Virus record (IMG/VR): IMGVR_UViG_3300029787_000032
Location: 1-62,121 of that record
DNA length: 62,121 nucleotides
Reading direction: 5' to 3' (one strand)
Source of the DNA: a virus
Taxonomy: Duplodnaviria; Caudoviricetes
Shown here: piece by piece, positions 36,018 to 45,130 of the stretch
How positions within the stretch are numbered: position 1 is the first letter of the stretch
Layout: the number at the start of each line of letters is the position of its first letter
The notes under the pieces: model-generated
The model's input: only the letters and a program-made list of their open reading frames with translations
Told to the model about the DNA's origin: nothing
The model's database searches: none
Made by a program: the position numbers and the translations under genes

Positions 36018-37917
36018 CTTTTGCGTCTCCCCAGTTCTTGGCTAGAATGTATTCAACCTTACTGGGTACATGCAAAGGCGAGTCTCCCGGCATACAGTCT
36101 TCCATTTTTTGTGCAATCATTTTTGCTTGCTCCTCACTCTCAATTGAGATGTTAAGTTCATCATGAACTTGTATATGTGGTATGATACCATCTTGTTCAT
36201 ACAAGTCCACCATTGCTTGTTTGGTTTGATCTGCCGCAGACCCTTGAATTAGTTTGTTTAATGCTTTGTAGGTGTAAGCTTTTTTATAATTATATTTGCC
36301 CCACTCTGCCTCTGCTTCTTTTTCTGTTTTAAAAAATCCTTTTACATTCCATTGCTTTGAAACATAACCAAAAGAACGACAACGCCGACCACCTATCGTG
36401 GTTACAAAACCATTCTCATCCATTGCGCCCATAGCATATTGAGACAGTTGTTTCACAAAAGGAACCTTTTGATTGTATTCATCGATCAATTGTTCAGCAG
36501 TCTCTTGATCAATGCCTAGTTCCTCTGTAAGTTTGGCTTTACCCATACCATAAAATAATCCTAAATTAATTGTTTTTGCAATCTTACGATCAATGCCCGC
36601 CATCTTAGCGACCATAGTGTGGAAGTCAGCATCTCCCTTGCGATACCCTTTAATAAATTCTTTGGTGGCCATCGTTGGCCGTTTTGAGTTGTGCGTATAC
36701 CCATCTACTTCATTAACTTTCTCTGCAAAATGCACCACCAGTCGTGGTTCTTGCTGTGAATAGTCAAAGCTTCCCCATTGTGTTCCTTCTTCTGGTATAA
36801 ACAAAGAACGTATTTTGTTTTTAATGTCTTCGTTTCGTGCAGGAATCTGTTGCAAATTAGGTTTGCTGTAACTAAAACGTCCAGTCACAGTTCCGCCGTT
36901 GTCACTCCTCATCTGATGTATCTCAGAATGAATGCGTCCTTTGTGTTGATGTTTTAATATACTGTCAATAAATGTTGTGTGCGCCTTGTTTGTTTCTCGT
37001 GCTTTAACAATTAATTTTGCTAAAGGAGATCCGTTGGTGTTTAAAAAATTTTTTGTGAAAGAAGGTTTTCCTGTTGGTGTTGTTTCATACTTCACATTCA
37101 TATTATCAAATGCTTTTGCAACAGAAGCTGCGGCCCAAATATCAACGTCTACATTTGATAATTTTTTTATCTCAAACAATGCTTGTTTTTCTTGACTCAA
37201 CAATTCTGCTTTTGCAATCGCGGCTCCGTCAAGATCTACACGAACACCGTGAGCTCTCATGTCTATCAAACAAGGTTGTAGTCTGCATTCTAAATCATAA
37301 ATTTTATAAAGGTCTTGATCCTCAATTTCTTTTTGGTTGTGAAAGTATAAGTCATACGTTAATCGTGCGTCCATTTCTGCATACTTGCCTACATACATTG
37401 CCGGAACCTTGTACATCTCAGCTTTGGGATCAATGCCTTTTGACTTTGCAAACTCCACAAGAACATCTTCGTTCTTTGTTTGTCCCAATTTATCTTTAGC
37501 TAAACTGTTTAAAGTAAAAGAAAAACGATTTTCATCAATCAAAGCACTTGAAATCATTGTGTCATGTATTGTACCATTGACGGTTATGCCTGCGTTTCGT
37601 AACCAACCTACATCGTAGGACGCATTGTGAAATATTTTAGGCATGGGATAAGATAAAGTTTTCTTTATCCAAGAAATAACTTTATCTTTTTCGTAGTTAC
37701 CTTCTTCGTGAGCTATTGGGTAGTACCCCTCCCAGTCTGCTGTGGCTAGTGCAAATCCAGTTATATAACCTTTGCCGGTAGCCCAACCTGCTCCATGTGT
37801 CATCAAATGTATGTCACATGTTTCTAAGTCAACCGCTAGATAAGGAACTTTGGACAGATCAGGAAAATTGTCGTCAGCAACCCACTCAGTCCATTTAACT
37901 TGATTATTCATTAACAA
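36010..37917 (-). CDS. polA: DNA polymerase family A (3'-5' exonuclease + polymerase)
   Basis: DLET, HNASYD and YAEMD exonuclease motifs; TGRFS, NLQQIP, DYSQQEPR, RKIAKTINLGLFYG, QGSAAD, VHDE. Confidence 0.97.
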   Translation of the reverse strand: MLMNNQVKWTEWVADDNFPDLSKVPYLAVDLETCDIHLMTHGAGWATGKGYITGFALATADWEGYYPIAHEEGNYEKDKVISWIKKTLSYPMPKIFHNASYDVGWLRNAGITVNGTIHDTMISSALIDENRFSFTLNSLAKDKLGQTKNEDVLVEFAKSKGIDPKAEMYKVPAMYVGKYAEMDARLTYDLYFHNQKEIEDQDLYKIYDLECRLQPCLIDMRAHGVRVDLDGAAIAKAELLSQEKQALFEIKKLSNVDVDIWAAASVAKAFDNMNVKYETTPTGKPSFTKNFLNTNGSPLAKLIVKARETNKAHTTFIDSILKHQHKGRIHSEIHQMRSDNGGTVTGRFSYSKPNLQQIPARNEDIKNKIRSLFIPEEGTQWGSFDYSQQEPRLVVHFAEKVNEVDGYTHNSKRPTMATKEFIKGYRKGDADFHTMVAKMAGIDRKIAKTINLGLFYGMGKAKLTEELGIDQETAEQLIDEYNQKVPFVKQLSQYAMGAMDENGFVTTIGGRRCRSFGYVSKQWNVKGFFKTEKEAEAEWGKYNYKKAYTYKALNKLIQGSAADQTKQAMVDLYEQDGIIPHIQVHDELNISIESEEQAKMIAQKMEDCMPGDSPLHVPSKVEYILAKNWGDAKGD

Positions 37918-38122
37918 TACTCTTTAATTTATTTATGTACCAAATAGATTTATCTAGATCCTCTTGTGCTTTGCCCTTATGTTGATAGCGCCATAAATAT
38001 TTCATAGCGTTTCCTTGCAAATAAAATTTAAAGCCTTCGCCCAAACAAGATGCAATGGCATCAATGCACTCTACGTCTCCTTGTTTATAATGAGGAGGAT
38101 GGTTGACGTTATCAACTTTCAT
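37904..38122 (-). CDS. DUF3310 protein
   Basis: DNVNHPPHY..G.VECID, GNAMKYLWR...K..QEDLDK. Confidence 0.9.
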   Translation of the reverse strand: MKVDNVNHPPHYKQGDVECIDAIASCLGEGFKFYLQGNAMKYLWRYQHKGKAQEDLDKSIWYINKLKSIVNE

Positions 38123-39703
38123 TTATGCTACTTTTTTTCTTTCGTTGTATTGCTTGAACACTCTATCAAAATTAAATCGATATGGCAAATCAGAACACAT
38201 ATAAACATACATAGCTTTCTTTGCTCTTGTGCTACCAACATAAAACATTCTTATAATAGCGTCTCGTTCATCAGATTCGCTGCTTCTGTATTTGTTATAA
38301 AAAGGTTGCTCCATGTTACCAACTAAAACAACATTATCGTCTTCGCCGCCTTTCATACCGTGTATGGTCGACATCTTGATCGCAGGTTTTTTTGTAAATA
38401 TATCAACGTTGTTATCAATACAATCTTTTATATAACGAAACTTTTTTTTCCATTCTGGATTGTTCACATTTGAAAAATGTTCCTTCCAATCTATTGAAAA
38501 ATCAAAGTCAAACATCTCCTCCAATTGTTTCCCGTTGTACAACTGATCTTTGTCTAACCCTTCCAATTGTTTCGGCATAAAGTTTTTTGGTTTGACTAGT
38601 GTCCTGTATATAAGAAGATCTGATTTAGAAACGTACTTGCCTTCTTGTAAATTAAAATAACATTTCAACGCTGATAATATTTTAGACCCTACAGGATAAT
38701 GAACATAACCTCTAGCAGTGGTTTGTTTAAACCATAATCTTTTTCTCATCATTATGTTTTTCATTTCATCCATAATCCGTGAGCCGGTGACCATGATTGT
38801 CCAAGACTCACCATTGTCTACCGGTATTGACATAAAGCTACCTGTGTATTGCAAGTAACCTTTCTCTTCTTTTTTTGCAACATACTTTTTTTGCTGTCTT
38901 GTTTTTATAGTTTCACTAATCAAACTTGCAAAGTCTATGTGCTCTTGAGACAATCTATGTGATTCTGTTAAAGAAACATTTTCGCATATGTTTGAGTATT
39001 TATTTAGAAAATAATTAACTTCGCCTCCGTTCCAATCAAAAATTGCTTGATCATCATCTCCGGCGATGTACAAGTAATCAACAGAGTTTTTCTCCAACAG
39101 TTTGTCAATGACTTGCCACTGGCACCACGAGGAATCTTGAGCTTCATCTAAGAATACAGCTTTGTATTTTTGAAACTGATTGGCTTCCAAAGCAAATAAA
39201 ATTTGATCTGTAAAATCATGTAACTTATTGTTTTCTTTATACTTATGCCAGCTTTCTACATAATACTTAACATACTTCCATTTGTAATTTCTTTCGTTAA
39301 TCTTTATAAAAGATTGTTCCAACGAAGTGTTTGATACCCTTTGCAGATTGTAAAGTTGCACAATAAAATTATTGTCGTGATCTCCTCCGTACTCTTTTTT
39401 TACATCGCCTCGTTCTGATTTAGCCCAATACTCAAAGTCTGATGATTCAACTAACTTTGAACTTTCGCCCTTTATGTATCGATTACACAAACCGTGAATC
39501 GTGGCAAACGATTCATAGCCCTCTGTCTTTTTAAGAACTCCTAAACGTTCTCTTACTTCGTCAATACCTTTGTTTGTAAATGTGATGTAACAAATATCTT
39601 TTGGATGTATTTTCTTGTTGTCAATAATATCCATTAATTTTGTAATTAAATAATTTGTTTTACCTGTTCCCGGAGGACCAAATATTTTTTGTGCTTCTAT
39701 CAT
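38123..39703 (-). CDS. Superfamily 1 (UvrD-like) helicase
   Basis: GPPGTGKT, TFTN, TIHG, DEAQD, GDDDQAIF, STIHGMKGGE, YVGSTRAK. Confidence 0.93.
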   Translation of the reverse strand: MIEAQKIFGPPGTGKTNYLITKLMDIIDNKKIHPKDICYITFTNKGIDEVRERLGVLKKTEGYESFATIHGLCNRYIKGESSKLVESSDFEYWAKSERGDVKKEYGGDHDNNFIVQLYNLQRVSNTSLEQSFIKINERNYKWKYVKYYVESWHKYKENNKLHDFTDQILFALEANQFQKYKAVFLDEAQDSSWCQWQVIDKLLEKNSVDYLYIAGDDDQAIFDWNGGEVNYFLNKYSNICENVSLTESHRLSQEHIDFASLISETIKTRQQKKYVAKKEEKGYLQYTGSFMSIPVDNGESWTIMVTGSRIMDEMKNIMMRKRLWFKQTTARGYVHYPVGSKILSALKCYFNLQEGKYVSKSDLLIYRTLVKPKNFMPKQLEGLDKDQLYNGKQLEEMFDFDFSIDWKEHFSNVNNPEWKKKFRYIKDCIDNNVDIFTKKPAIKMSTIHGMKGGEDDNVVLVGNMEQPFYNKYRSSESDERDAIIRMFYVGSTRAKKAMYVYMCSDLPYRFNFDRVFKQYNERKKVA

Positions 39704-41400
39704 TAAAACGCCCTTTCTTTTATAATTTCTTTTGGTTCAACGTTGTCTCCTGAAAGATCAAACAATCTTGAATCTACCACCCACACGTGAATAGTTTTTT
39801 TATTTACAGTTTTCTTTGTCTGCTCTCCATTCAAACCCGGATTTTTAACTCGTTCTGTTTTACCATCAATCTGTATTTCGTACGGCTTCTTTACAAAATC
39901 ATATAACAAAGAAGATTCTTTTTGTGTGTCTCTAATAATTTTTGTTGACACCAATGCCGAACGCAAATCTTCAAACTTAAAGAATATTTTATTTTTCTTT
40001 TCATCGTAGAAAGAACTACCTTGCAATAAACCTTCAACATCATCTCCACGTCCTGTGCCAGACAACCAGTCCTCAACTCCTTTGTATATTCTATTGTTTC
40101 TTCCAACACCTTCTGGCAACTCCATAATATCTAAGTGCTCTCTCATGTGATGATTAATATATGTATCAAAATCGTCTGCGCCCATTCGTGCAGGCTTAAA
40201 ATCTAAGGTCACACCAACTTTTTTCCTCCAATTTTTTTCTTCAAAAATGTCATCAACTTCTGCTTTCATAACAACACCGTTCTCAAACGTCACATAATAA
40301 AAAACAGGGTCATCTAATACTTTATGTATCTGAGATATGTCTGTTTGATTATCGTCACCGTCCGTTGTCCGTGTTACGCCGTACTTTCTAGGTATACACT
40401 CTTCACGATTGCAGTAACTTTTCATAGGCTCTTGCTTACACAGATAGTGATAGCTTGAAGTGCTCTCTTCGTCTAAGTGTTCTCCCTCTTCCGTGATAGA
40501 GTTTACTGAGGATTCTGTATGACTTGTGACTGAAGAATATATTCTAGACACCTCTGTTGGTGATAAAGGATTTGTTATGTATTTTTGATTTGCTTCTTGA
40601 AGTTTAGAAAACCAGTCCTCTCCGCTCTCTTCGTACATTTTTTTATACATTACAGCCACATTAAAAAGATACATGTTACGACCGCCTTCAGCGCAACCAC
40701 GAAGAGCTATACAATTATTACACGGAGGACCATCAGGAAATACAGTGTCAGTTTTTATTACAAATTTATCTATTGATTCAACAAGTGTGTTCTCGTACAC
40801 TGCAAAAAATTCCTGCAACGACAACTGTTTTATTTTCTCGTTGTCATCCAACACCATCGCATAACGATCTGGATTATCCGCATTAAAATACGGAGTGTTG
40901 ACGTAGTTGCCGAAGAAACCTGTCGGTAATTCACTTTGCTTTGGAAATATCTCTTGACCTTTAAATCCAAGCAAAGAGGCGGCCTTGTCTAATTTCTTTC
41001 TCAATGCTTTTGCTTTGACAGGATTTTTAAAAAATATGTAAACGTGAGCTCCACCACTTTTAGATTTAAAAACAATAAAAGGAAGCTTTGCTCTTTTGAT
41101 ACTTACAAGAAGTTGCCTGTGATCAAATCCTTTGTAACTATCAATATCAATGCACCCCCAAAAACATTCGTGTTGTTTGTTAATTGGAATGACACCTATA
41201 CTTTGAACACCATCTAGATGATTCTTCCATAGTGTTTCGTCTTCAGATAACACCTCTCCCTCTGGCAGAGGCAAGGTCTTACAAGAACCTTTTGCTTTTC
41301 CTCTGGAGTCTACTTCTCCAGATGGAACGTAGGTGCCGTAAGCGTTCTCGTTTCCTTTGAATACTTGTCTAATAAATAATCTATCTTTCATGAACCCCAC
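39703..41400 (-). CDS. Primase (AEP-type with C-terminal PriCT-like region)
   Basis: WGCIDID, SKSGGAHVYIF, EIFPKQ, GNYVNTPY, GPPC..EGGRN. Confidence 0.8.
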   Translation of the reverse strand: MGFMKDRLFIRQVFKGNENAYGTYVPSGEVDSRGKAKGSCKTLPLPEGEVLSEDETLWKNHLDGVQSIGVIPINKQHECFWGCIDIDSYKGFDHRQLLVSIKRAKLPFIVFKSKSGGAHVYIFFKNPVKAKALRKKLDKAASLLGFKGQEIFPKQSELPTGFFGNYVNTPYFNADNPDRYAMVLDDNEKIKQLSLQEFFAVYENTLVESIDKFVIKTDTVFPDGPPCNNCIALRGCAEGGRNMYLFNVAVMYKKMYEESGEDWFSKLQEANQKYITNPLSPTEVSRIYSSVTSHTESSVNSITEEGEHLDEESTSSYHYLCKQEPMKSYCNREECIPRKYGVTRTTDGDDNQTDISQIHKVLDDPVFYYVTFENGVVMKAEVDDIFEEKNWRKKVGVTLDFKPARMGADDFDTYINHHMREHLDIMELPEGVGRNNRIYKGVEDWLSGTGRGDDVEGLLQGSSFYDEKKNKIFFKFEDLRSALVSTKIIRDTQKESSLLYDFVKKPYEIQIDGKTERVKNPGLNGEQTKKTVNKKTIHVWVVDSRLFDLSGDNVEPKEIIKERAF

Positions 41401-41428
41401 AAAAAGAAAGGGCGGCTATCGCCGCCCT
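41401..41428 (-). terminator. Intrinsic terminator after SSB
   Basis: AGGGCGGC-gata-GCCGCCCT followed by TTCTTTTT. Confidence 0.8.
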
Positions 41429-41435
41429 GTTCTAA

Positions 41436-42227
41436 CTAAAACGCTTTCTTTTGTGAGACTTGCGCTTCGTCCGAGTGCTCCACTTTCACAGCGTTTTTAT
41501 TAACGCCTTGTGCGAAATGTTTTGCGGCATCATACACGCCCTGTGACTGAACTGGGCCAATCTTAAAGACTTCCCAACCAAACCACGTTCCTTTAGAATT
41601 GGACTGCGGTATAGTTTTAATTCTGTACACATGACTGTATGATGGTGGGGTAAAAGATTTACCGTCCGGACCCTGCATCTTAACTTGAAGCATCATAGAG
41701 TTCCACTTACGAGAAACTTTTCTTTGTGTTGATTTCATAGTAATCAAAGCTTGTTCAAAGCCTCCATCACCATCTAAGACCAATACAAAGTGATTTGCAG
41801 TTTCTTCTACAATGTTACCGTTCGGCAACCTGTTTTGAAAACCTGCGTCTCTCGGAGCTTGACTAATGTCATAGTCAGAGTCGTGAATTGCAATAGGAGC
41901 TCCGCTCCCTGTGCCTCTCTCGCCCCACTCTATATACTCTCGTTTGTAGAAACAAGGAACGATATCGATCCCTTCTTCTCCGTCATAGAGTTTGCCACTA
42001 ACACTATTATAGATCATGCCGGGTTCAGCACCTTCCACAAAATTGTTACTGGTCTTGTTGCACTGCGGCGATAGTTGGCTCAATACTTTTAAGAAAGGCA
42101 GTGCCAAGTCATCTGCGGAGTTCACGTTTTCGAGCCCCGATAATGATTCAGCGTCTGATATGATTGAGTCAAGACTAACTGCAGTGAGTGCTTGCCCGTT
42201 GCTTTTTGTTTTTGCTACTTTATTCAT
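41436..42227 (-). CDS. ssDNA-binding protein (probable)
   Basis: DDLALPFLKVL..LSP, MKSTQ.KVSRKWNS, KGTWFGW, C-terminal Phe; replication module. Confidence 0.65.
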   Translation of the reverse strand: MNKVAKTKSNGQALTAVSLDSIISDAESLSGLENVNSADDLALPFLKVLSQLSPQCNKTSNNFVEGAEPGMIYNSVSGKLYDGEEGIDIVPCFYKREYIEWGERGTGSGAPIAIHDSDYDISQAPRDAGFQNRLPNGNIVEETANHFVLVLDGDGGFEQALITMKSTQRKVSRKWNSMMLQVKMQGPDGKSFTPPSYSHVYRIKTIPQSNSKGTWFGWEVFKIGPVQSQGVYDAAKHFAQGVNKNAVKVEHSDEAQVSQKKAF

Positions 42228-42229
42228 TG

Positions 42230-42790
42230 TTATTTTTTCCTTATAACTTTTGCTTGTCTACCCACAAACGTTTTAAATATCTCTTCTGGTGGTAGAGCCG
42301 CACCTTTTTCGTGCAGTTCCCTAAGAGTTGCTTTTAGAGTCATAGGCTCAACTTTTAAATTTTGTTCAACCTCATACCCATTTGCGGTGGCTAACTTGGC
42401 AAATTCCAACGCCTTCCCGTCTTCGTTACGTCCAAACCTAGCGGCAATCTCATTCTTAATAAGATCACCAAGGTTGTTGTCTCGAAGCCATTGATACGCC
42501 GTGGACCGTTGATCGGGGTCCTTTGGTATCGTAATTCCATAAAAATTCTTTATGTCAATTGAACTACCGTCATTCAGTTTCAACTGCGATAAATTTTTAT
42601 CTTGCATCCATTCTGGAATCTTGACTTGCCTAATATCCAGAGCGTGCTCTTGTTTTTGTTTTAATAATTCTTTTAGTGAATCAATCTCTGCTTCTGTGTC
42701 AACTAACTCTTGACAAAGTGCACCGATTGTTGCGGCATCGTCGTTTGTGACTTGCTCTATTTCATCTTCTTTAAAATTGATCTTCTCCAT
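42230..42790 (-). CDS. Conserved replication-module protein
   Basis: IPE.M..L.DG, WLRDN..GDLIKN, VEPMTLKA. Confidence 0.65.
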   Translation of the reverse strand: MEKINFKEDEIEQVTNDDAATIGALCQELVDTEAEIDSLKELLKQKQEHALDIRQVKIPEWMQDKNLSQLKLNDGSSIDIKNFYGITIPKDPDQRSTAYQWLRDNNLGDLIKNEIAARFGRNEDGKALEFAKLATANGYEVEQNLKVEPMTLKATLRELHEKGAALPPEEIFKTFVGRQAKVIRKK

Positions 42791-43130
42791 TATTCTCTTC
42801 TTTCTGATATAAGTTTACACTCAATGGATAATACTTAGCAGATTCTCGATCCCATTTCAACATCTTAAATTTACCGTTGTTGATATCGGAAACTACAGCA
42901 CTAGTAGCAGCAATGATAGCAGGATCACCCACAAGAAGTAGATAATCTTCGTCATTAAAATTTTCAAGTTTCTTTCTAAGTTCATGTATAAGTGCACCGG
43001 CACTATATACCAACTGTGCTCTTTCTGTAAACAAAAATTTTACATCTCCAAAAGGTAATGCTTTCATCACATCCATTTTTGGTGTACCTCTTGATGTTCC
43101 CGGTGGTTCTTGCACACAGTAAACTGTCAT
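42771..43130 (-). CDS. Conserved phage protein
   Basis: VYCVQEP, DYLLLVGDP, LKWDR. Confidence 0.65.
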   Translation of the reverse strand: MTVYCVQEPPGTSRGTPKMDVMKALPFGDVKFLFTERAQLVYSAGALIHELRKKLENFNDEDYLLLVGDPAIIAATSAVVSDINNGKFKMLKWDRESAKYYPLSVNLYQKEENNGEDQF

Positions 43131-43195
43131 ATTTTTCTTTCTTGACTATTTGTAAATGTTTCTTATTATATATTCTTTAGAAAGAAAGACAATAT

Positions 43196-44650
43196 ATGAA
43201 TTACAAGTTCAAAACGAAGCCGTACAAGCATCAATTGACGGCTTTGAAAAAAAGTTGGGACAAGAAAAACTACGCGTTATTCTGTGAGATGGGTACGGGT
43301 AAGTCTAAGATATTGTTAGATAATATAGCTATGCTGTATGATCACGGAAAAATAAATGCCGCTGTTATTGTTGCACCAAAAGGTGTTTACAAAAACTGGG
43401 TAGAACAAGAGATACCTAAACATATTCCTAAACATATACAATGCAGAACGTTTTATTGGGTAGCACCTAGTTCTCGTTCTAAAGATGATAAAGAAATGTT
43501 GTCTCAATTATATTCAAAAACAAGAGATCCTCACCTTACATTTTTTGTGATTAACGTAGAAGCGTTTTCTACTAAACCCGGTCGTGATGAAGCTGAAAAA
43601 TTCTTGTGGGCATATAAAGCAATGATGGCAGTAGATGAAAGCACATCTATTAAAACGCCTACGGCTCAAAGAACAAGAAACATATTGTCTGTTGGCATGA
43701 ACGCTGAGTATAAAAGAATTATGACAGGAAGCCCTGTTACTAAAAGTCCTTTGGACCTGTATTCTCAATGTGATTTTTTAGATTCTGAATTGTTAGGACA
43801 AGATTCTTTTGTAGCGTTTCGTAATCGATACGCTCACATGCAAACAATTAATGTGAACGGACGTTTTGTAAATATAGTAAGGCCTCACGACAGCTACCGT
43901 AACTTGGCAGAACTATCCGATATTGTATCTCAATTTTCTTACAGAATATTAAAAGAAGATTGTTTGGACTTACCAGAAAAAGTTTATCAAAAACGTATTA
44001 TTGAAATGACACCGGAACAAAGAAAAACGTATGATTCGATGAAAGCAATTGCACTGGCAGAACTTGACGGTAAAGTTTGTTCTACGATGAGTGTGTTGAC
44101 ACAGCTGTTAAGACTTCATCAAATAACATGTGGCACATTTAAAGCTGATGATGGAACAATTAAACAACTTAAAAACAACAGAATGTCAGAACTGATGTCT
44201 GTTCTTGAAGAAACGGATGGCAAGGTCATAATATGGGCAACTTACGTTGCAGACATAGAAAATATAGTTGCTGCTTTAAAAAAAGCTTACGGAGAAGCCT
44301 CTACAGTGGCATATTACGGTGCAGTGAATGCAAAGGTCCGCCAAAAACAAATCACTCTGTTTCAAGAGAAAAAAGGCCCTACACGCTATTTCGTTGGAAA
44401 CCCCTCTACTGGAGGGTACGGAATTACACTTACAGCGGCTAACACGGTAGTATACTACTCAAACAGCTACGACTTAGAAAAAAGACTGCAATCAGAAGAT
44501 CGCGCGCATAGAATAGGTCAAGAACATAAAGTTAATTATGTGGATTTAATATGTGAAAACACTGTTGATGAAAAAATTGTGAAAGCATTACGTTCTAAAA
44601 TAAATATTGCAAATGAAATATTAGGCGAAGAACTTAAAGAGTGGCTATAA
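43196..44650 (+). CDS. SNF2-family helicase
   Basis: PYKHQ, EMGTGKS, DES, MTGSP, LLRLHQI, GGYGITLT, QSEDRAHRIGQ. Confidence 0.95.
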   Translation: MNYKFKTKPYKHQLTALKKSWDKKNYALFCEMGTGKSKILLDNIAMLYDHGKINAAVIVAPKGVYKNWVEQEIPKHIPKHIQCRTFYWVAPSSRSKDDKEMLSQLYSKTRDPHLTFFVINVEAFSTKPGRDEAEKFLWAYKAMMAVDESTSIKTPTAQRTRNILSVGMNAEYKRIMTGSPVTKSPLDLYSQCDFLDSELLGQDSFVAFRNRYAHMQTINVNGRFVNIVRPHDSYRNLAELSDIVSQFSYRILKEDCLDLPEKVYQKRIIEMTPEQRKTYDSMKAIALAELDGKVCSTMSVLTQLLRLHQITCGTFKADDGTIKQLKNNRMSELMSVLEETDGKVIIWATYVADIENIVAALKKAYGEASTVAYYGAVNAKVRQKQITLFQEKKGPTRYFVGNPSTGGYGITLTAANTVVYYSNSYDLEKRLQSEDRAHRIGQEHKVNYVDLICENTVDEKIVKALRSKINIANEILGEELKEWL

Positions 44651-44946
44651 GCAAACAACAAAAAGGTATACGCAACGAATTGCTCGCAGCAATAGAATTT
44701 TTATCTCGACCCTATCATCATGTCTATTATGATTTAGGAGGCAAAGGTCCTTGCGATCTTGTTGTAATAGATTCAAAAATTGGAACCATTGATTTGTATG
44801 ATGTGAAAACACATAGTGAACGAATGGACAAAGGCAAAATGAGAAGAATTAATAGAACAAAAAACAAGTCAGCAAAAAATTTAACTGTTAGAATAATATA
44901 TGTTAAAGAAGTTTCTGGAACACCCACACAATACTCAGTAGAATAG
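44641..44946 (+). CDS. Small PD-(D/E)XK endonuclease
   Basis: KG..NEL.A, GPCDLV, DVKT. Confidence 0.7.
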   Translation: MAISKQQKGIRNELLAAIEFLSRPYHHVYYDLGGKGPCDLVVIDSKIGTIDLYDVKTHSERMDKGKMRRINRTKNKSAKNLTVRIIYVKEVSGTPTQYSVE

Positions 44947-45130
44947 ATATTGCAGCGAACGACGCTGCTGCACCCATAAACCACGTCATCATTTGCCTTA
45001 ATTCAAATGTGTGTTTGTTTATTTTTTCTTGTTGTATTTGAACGTTATCAAGTTTTTCTTCAAACACTTCATACCGTAATTGACATTCAGCCAAGTGTGT
45101 TTCTAACGCTGCTTTTGTGTCATCGCTCAT
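44903..45130 (-). CDS. Small coiled-coil + TM protein (XhlA/holin-like)
   Basis: H..EC..RY...KLD followed by a C-terminal TM segment. Confidence 0.55.
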   Translation of the reverse strand: MSDDTKAALETHLAECQLRYEVFEEKLDNVQIQQEKINKHTFELRQMMTWFMGAAASFAAISILLSIVWVFQKLL

